Virus record (IMG/VR): IMGVR_UViG_3300044712_000786
Location: 32,001-96,000 of that record
DNA from: a virus
Taxonomy: Duplodnaviria; Caudoviricetes
Direction: 5' to 3' (one strand)
DNA: 64,000 nucleotides
Made by a program: the position numbers and the translations under genes. Each line of letters opens with the position of its first letter. Within the stretch, counting starts at the first letter, position 1. The notes under the pieces were generated by a model that saw nothing but the letters and a program-made list of their open reading frames with translations, was not told where the DNA came from and did no database searches. Shown here in pieces: positions 50,756 through 58,758 of this stretch.

Positions 50756-50961
50756 TTTTCTAATTGTAGTTCGCTAAGGTTCCAATCGATTACCAGCCTA
50801 TGATTTCCATCATTCTCAAATTTTAGGAAAGCGGAAGTCCGAACTGTCCAATCGATATTGCCATTATACCCAATGCCGAGTTTTAGCTCGCCCTTATCGA
50901 CATTACTGTTATGAACAAGGGAGTTATCCCTATCGTAAACTTTAAAAGAAGAGACGTTCAT
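50752..50961 (-). CDS. Hypothetical early protein
   Basis: Coupled ORF. Confidence 0.55.
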   Translation of the reverse strand: MNVSSFKVYDRDNSLVHNSNVDKGELKLGIGYNGNIDWTVRTSAFLKFENDGNHRLVIDWNLSELQLEK

Positions 50962-51130
50962 TTAATATCTTTCTTAGGGTCATTTCTCGCCTATAGGCCC
51001 AATCCGCATTCTTAGCAAAAGGGTTAGGGTGTTTTAACGTCCAAAGTGATTTTAGACGGTCAATTTCTTCCTGAATAGCTTCCTTAGTCTCACCTTTAGC
51101 CCAATCTTCGGCGTGATATTCTGCTGACAT
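50942..51130 (-). CDS. Hypothetical early protein
   Basis: Own leaderless promoter. Confidence 0.65.
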   Translation of the reverse strand: MSAEYHAEDWAKGETKEAIQEEIDRLKSLWTLKHPNPFAKNADWAYRREMTLRKILNERLFF

Positions 51131-51153
51131 AATCAGAGAATACAGGGTTTTTT

Positions 51154-51336
51154 CTAATTGTCAACCTTTTTAGTCGGAAGCTCGCTCGGATTGCTATCCC
51201 CACAATAATTACAGCAATATCCGCTAATAACAGGATGACCGCATTTCTTACAAGCGTAGATTGTGGGGACAAAGCTGCGAGCAAGCTGATTAGCCAGAGC
51301 TTGCCAGTGCGGAGTATACGGTTCGATGGTTTTCAT
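51154..51336 (-). CDS. Small zinc-ribbon protein
   Basis: CKKCG...CCNYCG; own promoter. Confidence 0.65.
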   Translation of the reverse strand: MKTIEPYTPHWQALANQLARSFVPTIYACKKCGHPVISGYCCNYCGDSNPSELPTKKVDN

Positions 51337-51581
51337 ATAGTCAACAATATAGAGTTTTTTCTAATTGTCAACCCATTCATAGAGTAGGGCTAACAACAGA
51401 GCTAATATGAGAATTTCCACGATGTTTGGGGCATTTAGCATAAGGTGCGGAATCTGCCCCGCACGTTTGGCATTTACCTTGCGCCTTTTTACGCAACTGA
51501 TACTTGCGTTGACGGGAGATTTTCAAAAATCTTATTTGGTCTCTTATCATGTGTAAATTCTATTGGTTTTTTACTAACTTG

Positions 51582-51839
51582 CTATACAATCTCTTCCAAC
51601 GTAAGGTAATAATCGAGTTTGCGGGTGGATTCTTGACCCAATACCACAAAAGTAAAAGGTATGAGAGTATTAGGATTCTTAACCCTGAAATGAACAGATT
51701 TAGCTTGTGCTAACAAGTTACGCAACTCTGTAATTTGATTTTCCGCCTCGCTGAATGTCATTACGTTATTATCCAGATAAACATCGTATGAGTAAGCTCC
51801 CACACGAGCGACAATAAACACTTTATATTGCTTTTCCAT
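51582..51839 (-). CDS. Hypothetical early protein
   Basis: Coupled ORF. Confidence 0.55.
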   Translation of the reverse strand: MEKQYKVFIVARVGAYSYDVYLDNNVMTFSEAENQITELRNLLAQAKSVHFRVKNPNTLIPFTFVVLGQESTRKLDYYLTLEEIV

Positions 51840-52033
51840 TAGCTTAACCTCGCAATCTCTACCTTGCTTTCGCCCCGCCGAGACTTGGCTTTAGCGAGTT
51901 TCTGTTTCTTGGTTAGAAGGTCATGAGCCGCTTGACGCGCATCCGCCTCACGTTGCCGCTTCTCTCGTTTAGCGTGCAACACATTCGACTTATAACCGTT
52001 AATCTTGATGTTCCGTTTGGTTTCTGCTTTCAT
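51839..52033 (-). CDS. Basic helical early protein
   Basis: Own promoter TTGAAA-16-TAGATT-6-ATG. Confidence 0.65.
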   Translation of the reverse strand: MKAETKRNIKINGYKSNVLHAKREKRQREADARQAAHDLLTKKQKLAKAKSRRGESKVEIARLS

Positions 52034-52055
52034 AGTGTAAATCTATATGAGTTTT

Positions 52056-52478
52056 TTAAGATTTCAAGCCGTTACGCGCTCTGACTAACTTATCGATAAC
52101 ATCGATGGGAAACTCCTGACAGCCGACTATAACTTTATCTTTATAAACAAGGGCAGTATGATTGTTGTTTAGTTTGACTTTTGCTCCCCTACTGAGAGAC
52201 CAATCTATAGAGATAAACTCTTCAAAAGAAAGGTCTTTACACATAGTATCGCCGCATTTAGAGCCCGAAACTTCGCGCAAGTTTCCTTCTATTCTAATCA
52301 TAGAGTAAGGCCAAGTCTCAAAGTCCTGCTCAAAAGAGCCCCTTTCAAGATAGCTTTTCAGGAAAACATTAGGATTCTCATCAGAGTTAATGGACACGTT
52401 CCTATAGCCAGCAATAGCTAGAATAGAAAGAATTGCAACGTGCTCGCTAACGTTTTTTGATTTAATTTGGTATCTCAT
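52056..52478 (-). CDS. Hypothetical early protein
   Basis: Own leaderless promoter. Confidence 0.7.
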   Translation of the reverse strand: MRYQIKSKNVSEHVAILSILAIAGYRNVSINSDENPNVFLKSYLERGSFEQDFETWPYSMIRIEGNLREVSGSKCGDTMCKDLSFEEFISIDWSLSRGAKVKLNNNHTALVYKDKVIVGCQEFPIDVIDKLVRARNGLKS

Positions 52479-52491
52479 GTTCTAAGTCTAT

Positions 52492-52884
52492 TCAGTTTTT
52501 TTGTTTTGTCAAGTTCGACTTTACTTTGCGCCAGTAAGCATCTGTCAAATGTTTTTTACTTTTCCAATCGGGACCCGAGTTATGAACCCGCGCCATAGTC
52601 TCGAAGTCGTTACTAGCCAACGCTTTAGGACAATAGCGCGACATGTAAGCCTCCATTACTTTAACGCTATAGTCAAGGTTAGTAACCATGCTATAACTAC
52701 CTTTAACTCGGGAGTCAAGCCAATAAGATTTGGAGATTTGCAGGGGACCTAGCGATTTGCCAGCATCCCCCACAATCCGCCCGTGCCTCCCACTAGTCTC
52801 AGTCAGGTGAATAGCACGGACGAAATTGGTATTGATTGCGCCCTGCAAACTAAAGGCGAGAAATAGAATAGGCAGAAATTTCAT
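52492..52884 (-). CDS. Signal-peptide-bearing lysozyme-like protein (i-type/destabilase-like)
   Basis: MKFLPILFLAFSLQGA signal; AIHLTETSG catalytic Glu helix; GPLQISKSYWLD; MARVHNSGP. Confidence 0.75.
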   Translation of the reverse strand: MKFLPILFLAFSLQGAINTNFVRAIHLTETSGRHGRIVGDAGKSLGPLQISKSYWLDSRVKGSYSMVTNLDYSVKVMEAYMSRYCPKALASNDFETMARVHNSGPDWKSKKHLTDAYWRKVKSNLTKQKN

Positions 52885-53090
52885 ATCTTATCAATAAAGT
52901 ATTCTGCTACGGAAAACGCTACACAATCATCCCCCCCATAAATGGGGACGGGAAAACGTGCATAAGTTAATTGAATTACGTATGAATTAAGATTCTTATC
53001 GCGAGGCGGATGAAAACGCGCTATAACTCTTCCTTCAAATCCAGTTATTGTCTTAACTACATCGCCGATTTTGAATTTATATGTTCTCAT
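52881..53090 (-). CDS. SH3/KOW-like small protein
   Basis: YKFKIGDVVKTITGFEGRVIA; own promoter. Confidence 0.65.
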   Translation of the reverse strand: MRTYKFKIGDVVKTITGFEGRVIARFHPPRDKNLNSYVIQLTYARFPVPIYGGDDCVAFSVAEYFIDKI

Positions 53091-53126
53091 GCCTTGATAC
53101 TATCAGGTCTTTTTGAATTGTCAAGA

Positions 53127-53215
53127 TGGTACCAACGACTGGATTCGAACCAGCAAGGCTTTTAATGGCCGAGGGATTTTAAGTCCCTTGTGTAAACCAA
53201 TTCCACCACGTTGGC
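53127..53215 (-). tRNA. trnL: tRNA-Leu (anticodon UAA), CCA encoded
   Basis: GCCAACG/CGTTGGT acceptor, AGGGA-CTTAAAA-TCCCT anticodon arm, long variable arm, GTTCGAATC T-loop, ACCA end. Confidence 0.93.
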
Positions 53216-53221
53216 AAAGAC

Positions 53222-53409
53222 AGCGCGATGGCGGATTCGAACCACCGACCTATGAAGCTTCTGGCCTCATTGCTCTGGGATTTAGGCAAGTTGTTAACGA
53301 CCCACCATTTACCCCATCCCCACTAGTATACAGCGCACGCAAGCCTTATTCTAGAATTATCTCTATTGCACGCCTTAAACCGTCGAATGAACCGCTGAGC
53401 TAATCGCGC
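53222..53409 (-). ncRNA. tRNA-shaped gene with 114-nt D-loop insertion and enlarged anticodon loop
   Basis: GCGCGAT/ATCGCGC acceptor; GCTCAGCGGT[53390..53277]AGAGC D-arm; ATGAG-GCCAGAAGC-TTCAT arm; AGGTC variable region; GGTGG-TTCGAAT-CCGCC T-arm. Confidence 0.75.
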
Positions 53410-53410
53410 A

Positions 53411-53678
53411 TAAATTCTAGGCTATTAGACTTGCTCCGCTTAGTTATGTATTCCTAAGCATTCTAGCTTCGGGAATTACCCGTCATTATCTAATTCTTTC
53501 CCGCCGAAGGAACAGACAGCATTAACGTAGCTGCCTACACGTTCGAAATTCTGATTGACTTGCGGGGGGTTAAACATAAGCAAGGTAGCTACTCCTCACT
53601 CATGCCGCTTATAGTCGGGATTCCTCCCAATGGGTCTACCCGATTCGCCAGCCGCCAATCAAAGCTGACTTGCTAGCT
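53411..53678 (-). ncRNA. Candidate structured RNA B, 5' of the tRNA cluster
   Basis: Promoter (-35 53707-53712, -10 53685-53690) with no ATG at +1; multiple hairpins with GNRA/UUCG loops. Confidence 0.5.
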
Positions 53679-53715
53679 AAATTGAATCTACCAAACTTTT
53701 TTCAGAAGTCAAGCT

Positions 53716-53856
53716 TTAGACTTCGGTATAAGCTACGGTAATATCTACAACCCCATTGCCATACTTCTTCTTAGCTTTCTTTTCAGCTGCATTGTGGGAG
53801 CCAGCTTTAATCAAAGCTATCTCAATTCCATTACAATAAACAATATAGGTCTTCAT
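53716..53856 (-). CDS. 46-aa hypothetical protein (not in ORF track)
   Basis: TAATG coupling; MKTYIVYCNG... Confidence 0.55.
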   Translation of the reverse strand: MKTYIVYCNGIEIALIKAGSHNAAEKKAKKKYGNGVVDITVAYTEV

Positions 53857-54014
53857 TAATTTCCTCTCACGTAAGCTTTTTCTTCTGTCTTGCACTTAGG
53901 GCATTCAAAAGTCATAACGTCATAGCCCTGAAAATCTTCCTCTATGTTGAGGAACTTAACCTTAGCGGCATCGAACCGCTCTTTACATTTGGGACAGGTA
54001 ACGAAGTGTCTCAT
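53856..54014 (-). CDS. 52-aa zinc-ribbon protein (not in ORF track)
   Basis: CPKC...CPKC; own promoter. Confidence 0.7.
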   Translation of the reverse strand: MRHFVTCPKCKERFDAAKVKFLNIEEDFQGYDVMTFECPKCKTEEKAYVRGN

Positions 54015-54044
54015 ATCTAAAGAATACAAAACCTTTTTAAATTG

Positions 54045-54236
54045 TCAAGGTCTGTATTTAGTTTCGATGTCCTTTAATTCCTTTTCCTTTTCCGCCTTTC
54101 GCACTAAATACGTTCGCAATATAGTACCGTGATAATCGATTGTCTTATCCAATTCTATAATGTCCCTCTTAAGTTGAGCCCTCTTTTGCTCTATAGAAGT
54201 CCTTACGGCTTTAGGCAGCTTCCAGATTTCAGTCAT
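54045..54236 (-). CDS. Small coiled-coil protein
   Basis: Coupled ORF. Confidence 0.55.
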   Translation of the reverse strand: MTEIWKLPKAVRTSIEQKRAQLKRDIIELDKTIDYHGTILRTYLVRKAEKEKELKDIETKYRP

Positions 54237-54448
54237 ATTTTCCTAAGTGATTTCTTCCAGTCCCCGCCGCTAGGTCCCCCGCATATCTCATATTCATCTC
54301 GTTGGAGACCCCAATAAGACAATAGCATGTCTTCTTCCATTTCTTTGTGAATACGCGGCTTTCTCTTAAACGCGACCCATATACCCCAAGGTTGACGGGC
54401 AAGCCACTTATACCCATTAGGGATTTCTGCGTTAATTAATACAGTCAT
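54233..54448 (-). CDS. Hypothetical early protein (Trp-rich)
   Basis: YKWLARQPWGIWVAFKRKP...GDWKKSL; ATG overlaps the upstream stop. Confidence 0.6.
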   Translation of the reverse strand: MTVLINAEIPNGYKWLARQPWGIWVAFKRKPRIHKEMEEDMLLSYWGLQRDEYEICGGPSGGDWKKSLRKI

Positions 54449-54660
54449 TAGTCTGCCCAAATTGCGGGAATTGAATGTATGTCTAAATCGCTCGCAAGGA
54501 TAAATCCTTCTATACCCTTAATCTGGATTAATCCCATATAAGGGTCAAGAAAAAGTCCATTGCGAGGACCACTAGGAAAGAAAGCTAAGAACGTCCTAGG
54601 ATTAGTCATCGCATCTGACTGCCTTTCGGCTTCTGCCATTAACTTAGCGAGCGTTTCCAT
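54448..54660 (-). CDS. Hypothetical early protein
   Basis: Own leaderless promoter. Confidence 0.65.
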   Translation of the reverse strand: METLAKLMAEAERQSDAMTNPRTFLAFFPSGPRNGLFLDPYMGLIQIKGIEGFILASDLDIHSIPAIWAD

Positions 54661-54734
54661 AACCGAAGTATAGAGGGACTTTTTAGAAAGTCAAGCTGGT
54701 TCAAAAAGAGGGGAGTTTTACCTCCCGTTGTCAC

Positions 54735-55709
54735 TTACGCCACAAGCAAGTCAATCGCTTGCTGTTTGAGCCTTGCCCCACTCCCCAAGAGGATAGAATC
54801 AAAGCGGCTTTCGCCCTTTTCCTTATCGCCCGTCACGCGAATCGAACGGGAGAAATCGGTGAATTCAGTAATCGCGTTCAAGTAATCATAGCGGCTCTCG
54901 CCTACGTTACCCGTTCCCCGCTGAAACAGAGAGATAACTTCCTCCCGCACGTTTTCAGTTCGAGTAGAAACTTCCACTTCCCCAGTTTCCTCGTTAACAG
55001 AAGCGGGAAACAGGACTTCGTTGAACTTGACCGCGTCATCCACGGTCATTTTCTTGGTTTTAAGCATGTTCATCACTTCACCGAGCTTAGTGAAGTAAGC
55101 TTCAGCAATACCAAGCACGCGCTGAGCCTCTTCTTTCTTGCTCTTGTAGTTCTTGGTATGGCGAATCTTAATCTGATTAGTTGCCCCGTCAAGAGCAGCA
55201 GTCAGAGTATTCTGACAAACTACGCGCACCGCAACATGTTGCATCCAAACACCATGGGAACCATCATGGGCGGTGACCAAAAGCACCCACTGTTCATGCT
55301 TGTCAGTCGAGTCAACATAGACCGTATTAGGCAGCTTTGCCATAATCCAAATCTTGCGCCCGTCATGCAAGGCACCCGCAGTCTCATAGATTGCCTGCCC
55401 CGCACCAACAACTTCGTCAAAGAACCCGAAGGCATCCGCGTTCTGAATGACAGTGTAGCGATTCTTCACCACACCAAGGGGGAAATTGTTGTCGCAACGA
55501 ACGACAGCTTTATAATCCCTCAACTCGATGTCCTGCCCCTTGACAGTGAGGGGACGCTTCTCAACTTGCCAATCCAAATGTGCATGTTGAATTGCTTCGG
55601 CAGCAGTGGCAAGCCCTTCGATGACTTGTCCCTGCCCGTGCCAAGGCACTTGGCGATTACCACTGAACATTTCCGTTACTCCGTTTACGACTGATAGATT
55701 TGCGCTCAT
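54735..55709 (-). CDS. DUF932-family phage/plasmid protein
   Basis: PWHGQG...AIQHAHLDWQVEKRP...VVRCDNNFPLGVV...YTVIQNADAF...ETAGALHDGRKIW...AHDGS...VRVVCQNTL...RHT; terminator at 54705-54728. Confidence 0.85.
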   Translation of the reverse strand: MSANLSVVNGVTEMFSGNRQVPWHGQGQVIEGLATAAEAIQHAHLDWQVEKRPLTVKGQDIELRDYKAVVRCDNNFPLGVVKNRYTVIQNADAFGFFDEVVGAGQAIYETAGALHDGRKIWIMAKLPNTVYVDSTDKHEQWVLLVTAHDGSHGVWMQHVAVRVVCQNTLTAALDGATNQIKIRHTKNYKSKKEEAQRVLGIAEAYFTKLGEVMNMLKTKKMTVDDAVKFNEVLFPASVNEETGEVEVSTRTENVREEVISLFQRGTGNVGESRYDYLNAITEFTDFSRSIRVTGDKEKGESRFDSILLGSGARLKQQAIDLLVA

Positions 55710-55778
55710 ATTGTTTTTTGTTTAATTGTTTACTACTCTCTAATCTTAAACAATCTTTTTGAAATTGCAAGAGGTTTT

Positions 55779-56012
55779 TTACTTAAATCCAATTCGATTT
55801 GACTTCGGGGGTTCGTCCCGCACTTCCATCACAACATTAGGACTGAAATCCCAGATAAAGCCTTGATGCCCATAGGTTTTCACAAACTCGCGCATTTTAG
55901 TGTGACACAATGCTGCCAACTCCAATATCTCAAAGCCTAGCTTAATTTGCTTTTCACTAGTCTCGTGAGGCGAAACTAAACGGTATTTGTTATCTTTTTC
56001 GGCGATATACAT
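55779..56012 (-). CDS. Hypothetical early protein
   Basis: Promoter overlapped by a 20-bp palindrome. Confidence 0.6.
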   Translation of the reverse strand: MYIAEKDNKYRLVSPHETSEKQIKLGFEILELAALCHTKMREFVKTYGHQGFIWDFSPNVVMEVRDEPPKSNRIGFK

Positions 56013-56054
56013 ATGTTTTGAACAAGTTCAAAACTAATCAGTCTTTTTAAGAAG

Positions 56055-56435
56055 TCAAGCCTTCTCGAAGACAAAGCTTCTATTTCCTTTATCGTTAATG
56101 AAAGCAAGTGCTTTATCAGCATCATCAAAGATAGGGAACCAGTCAGGGTCATTGTCATCGCAGTAGAAACTCTTTTGCACCCTGAACTTATATTTCTTAG
56201 CTTCTAATTCAGCTAAAGATAAGCTCTTATATATTTGCTGAGTAACCCAGTATTCCACAATGGGTTCAGGACCGAATACAACATGAGCTAATTCGGCCAT
56301 GGTCTTATGTCTGGAGTTACCGAAGCGCCTCCAATAAGTTCTCTCATGCAAGATAGGCTCCCCCTCAGGGGTGACATAGTTTGCTGCTTCCCAACCCCGA
56401 CCAGCAAATACAGGTTCGCTATGTAATTCTATCAT
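56055..56435 (-). CDS. Hypothetical early protein
   Basis: Own leaderless promoter. Confidence 0.7.
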   Translation of the reverse strand: MIELHSEPVFAGRGWEAANYVTPEGEPILHERTYWRRFGNSRHKTMAELAHVVFGPEPIVEYWVTQQIYKSLSLAELEAKKYKFRVQKSFYCDDNDPDWFPIFDDADKALAFINDKGNRSFVFEKA

Positions 56436-56484
56436 ATTTCGAGAATAGAGAGATTTTTTAAGAAGTCAACATTAGTTCAAAACG

Positions 56485-56739
56485 AAAAAACCCCGCCAGT
56501 TTCCCAGCGGGGTAAATACCCTTGGTTCAGGTCATGACTCCCGAAGCAAGGTTATCTCAGGCAGCATCCAAGGCGAGATATCCAACATCGCCTTCATGGG
56601 TTAGCCGTTGGCGGCTGGGTCTGCCATATTGAAAATGATGGGTGGTTCAGCCCGAGTCTCTACAACCTAGGTCAATGGCCACTTCCCTAGAATTGCTGCA
56701 TGGTTTCAACAGCCGATTTATGCTATCTTTGCGCCACCC
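56485..56739 (-). ncRNA. Candidate structured RNA C
   Basis: Promoter (-35 56768-56773, -10 56746-56751), +1 GGGTGG pairing with CCACCC, nested hairpins, terminator 56485-56513, no ORF over 21 aa found. Confidence 0.55.
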
Positions 56740-56769
56740 AAAGACAGTCTAGCAAGTATTTTTCCGTTG

Positions 56770-57006
56770 TCAACCTCGAAACAATCCGAAAAGAATAAGC
56801 AGTCCTATTATAATCCAGCCTATGATATTTAGGCCAGCACCTAAACCCTTGGCTTGATTCAGAAAATCTTTAGCGTTATCGGACATCCGAGGATTATCCG
56901 TTACCGTTATACGCCATTTCTCCTTGTCAGATAAAGGTCTAGGCGTAACAGATTTCTTATATTTCTCTGCCATTTCCCTAGCGAATTGTCGTTCGCCTTC
57001 TGTCAT
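56770..57006 (-). CDS. Small protein with C-terminal transmembrane helix
   Basis: NIIGWIIIGLLILFGLF; start set by promoter geometry. Confidence 0.6.
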   Translation of the reverse strand: MTEGERQFAREMAEKYKKSVTPRPLSDKEKWRITVTDNPRMSDNAKDFLNQAKGLGAGLNIIGWIIIGLLILFGLFRG

Positions 57007-57062
57007 ACCCACCATGCTACATTAAATTTTAAAATTGTCAACTCGTTTGAACTAGTTCAAAC

Positions 57063-57353
57063 AAAAGGACCCCCGACAGGGTAATTACTCCCATCGGGGG
57101 TTTTGGCCTATCTATCTTTGCGCGAAGACCTTTCAGCCAGTGTTATTAGGCGTTTTCTCGCCCGTCCATTCCCCTCATAACGCATCGAGCTAAGGACGCT
57201 ACGGCATCGCGGGTTATCTTTCGGACTTTTCTCTTCACAGTGCGGCAACCATGACCTTCAGGAAGTTTTTTGTTTGCATTTTAACAAGAACCTATAGTGC
57301 TCTCATCGGGCCGCTAGAGAATCATATCTCGTTTCCCATGCCATTGCTGGCAC
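57063..57353 (-). ncRNA. Candidate structured RNA D
   Basis: Promoter (-35 57382-57387, -10 57360-57365), +1 GTGCCA-GCAA-TGGCAT hairpin, terminator 57063-57104. Confidence 0.5.
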
Positions 57354-57369
57354 ATCCTAAATCTATCAG

Positions 57370-57657
57370 TTATTTTCCAACAGTCAAGCCCCACTTCAGC
57401 AATTCTTGCCACGAATCAAACTCAAAAATCTTAAATGCACCATTTTCGAGGAGCATTGTCGCAAGGCCCTGAATAGACGGCGAGGTAAATGCAGACCAAC
57501 TATTACCCGTGGTTAAATAATAAAAGCAGAAGGCTTTGTATTCTGTCCCGTTGTGGGTAATAAAACCCGCACGAGAATCCGTAGTAACCCCGTAATATTT
57601 GTCAGTGGAGACTTTATCGGGGGTGATTTCGACACATGCTTTAACAACTTGTTTCAT
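57370..57657 (-). CDS. Hypothetical early protein
   Basis: Own leaderless promoter. Confidence 0.7.
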   Translation of the reverse strand: MKQVVKACVEITPDKVSTDKYYGVTTDSRAGFITHNGTEYKAFCFYYLTTGNSWSAFTSPSIQGLATMLLENGAFKIFEFDSWQELLKWGLTVGK

Positions 57658-57673
57658 ATTTGAATAGTATCTA

Positions 57674-57844
57674 TTATTTTCCTTCAGTCAACTCTTTAAT
57701 GCAGAAAGGGCAACCCCCTTCGCGCCGTTCTCGCTTGCTGCGAGGCACACCGACAACAACATGTCGAATGCGCAAATTTTCATCTGATTTGGTTAGATAG
57801 CGCCCGTGTTTCAGGCAGCTTACTTCGTAGAATTTAGGACTCAT
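57674..57844 (-). CDS. 56-aa Zn-binding peptide (not in ORF track)
   Basis: CLKH...CPFC; ATGA coupling. Confidence 0.55.
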   Translation of the reverse strand: MSPKFYEVSCLKHGRYLTKSDENLRIRHVVVGVPRSKRERREGGCPFCIKELTEGK

Positions 57845-58155
57845 AAATGTTTTCCTTTATAAACAGCTTTATATTTTTCAAGATACGCTATAGCTTTTTC
57901 GGGGGTTGTTACGTATCTATTTTCCTCGCAACACCATGCGCTGAAGGAGTCTCCAAACAATCCCAACAGAGCACATTCAGGACCGAGGATAGCAACCACA
58001 AATCTGGTTAACGTATTTCCAAAATAAGCTTCGAATATCGCCCCCGATTGGAAATTTGTCCGAATATCCTTTTTCCTTTCAGCAAGTATATTTGATATCT
58101 CGTCAAATTCAACGGGATGTCCCGCAGCCCAATCTAGGATTGTCTCTTTAGTCAT
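57841..58155 (-). CDS. Hypothetical early protein
   Basis: Coupled ORF. Confidence 0.55.
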   Translation of the reverse strand: MTKETILDWAAGHPVEFDEISNILAERKKDIRTNFQSGAIFEAYFGNTLTRFVVAILGPECALLGLFGDSFSAWCCEENRYVTTPEKAIAYLEKYKAVYKGKHL

Positions 58156-58390
58156 ATCTCGATTCTATATTACTTTTTGAATGTGTCAATACCCATTTCT
58201 TAGCTCGCTTTAGATAACTATCAAAGTATCCCTTATCTTCGTTATCTACTCTCTGACCACAGTTGGGGCAAATACCGAAGTTCTTATAACCAAACAAGGC
58301 CGCTTGTATTTCCCCCTCAGTGTCACTACCCCAATACTGTTTACATACGGGACACTCTAATGCTAGCTTTAACGATAAAGAAAGGCTCAT
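58148..58390 (-). CDS. Zinc-ribbon protein
   Basis: CPVC...CPNCG. Confidence 0.6.
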   Translation of the reverse strand: MSLSLSLKLALECPVCKQYWGSDTEGEIQAALFGYKNFGICPNCGQRVDNEDKGYFDSYLKRAKKWVLTHSKSNIESRYD

Positions 58391-58510
58391 TTGCTTCTCA
58401 CTACATAACTTCCATCTGATTTCTTAAAGATATAGCCAATCACCTTCCTATTAGACCAGATAAAGATGAAATGACTATAACCGAGAAAGCCAGCGTAATT
58501 ATGTTCGAAT

Positions 58511-58735
58511 TCAATCATTCAGCCGAGAGATATTAGCCCTTGCCAGCCCATCGATGGCACCGTTTTTCAGGCCCCGTTTGATAGCACCCGCTAAGATAGC
58601 TGCAATCTTATGAGCCGTCTCCGCGCCACCTTTAGCTTCCGAGATAAGTGAGAAGCCATCTTTCTTGAAGTGCCATTTCCGAAAAGTAGGACTGAATTGA
58701 AATTCGATATCTTTGATTTTGTAAGTTTTAGCCAT
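58511..58735 (-). CDS. Hypothetical early protein
   Basis: Own leaderless promoter. Confidence 0.65.
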   Translation of the reverse strand: MAKTYKIKDIEFQFSPTFRKWHFKKDGFSLISEAKGGAETAHKIAAILAGAIKRGLKNGAIDGLARANISRLND

Positions 58736-58758
58736 AGCTCAAGGATAGATAGCTTTTT

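Noticed and set aside
53113-53403. 96-aa + strand ORF from the track
   Set aside because: It is the antisense of the tRNA-Leu and tRNA-like genes.
53222-53409. tmRNA, or a tRNA with a group I/II intron
   Set aside because: The insert begins TCATTCGACGG, reminiscent of tmRNA, but a full D-stem and anticodon arm are present, there is no GGGG acceptor or G3-U70 pair, and no ANDxxALAA-like tag. At 114 nt it lacks group I P7/omega-G and group II termini.
54759-55694. 311-aa + strand ORF from the track
   Set aside because: It is an antisense shadow of the DUF932 gene, which has the promoter, terminator and family motifs.
56485-57353. Hammerhead ribozyme or c-di-GMP riboswitch in RNAs C and D
   Set aside because: No CUGAnGA/GAAA core in the right arrangement, and only a GCAAA fragment of the GEMM consensus.
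57251-57472. 73-aa + strand ORF from the track
   Set aside because: Antisense to RNA D and the 57370 gene; no promoter of either class.
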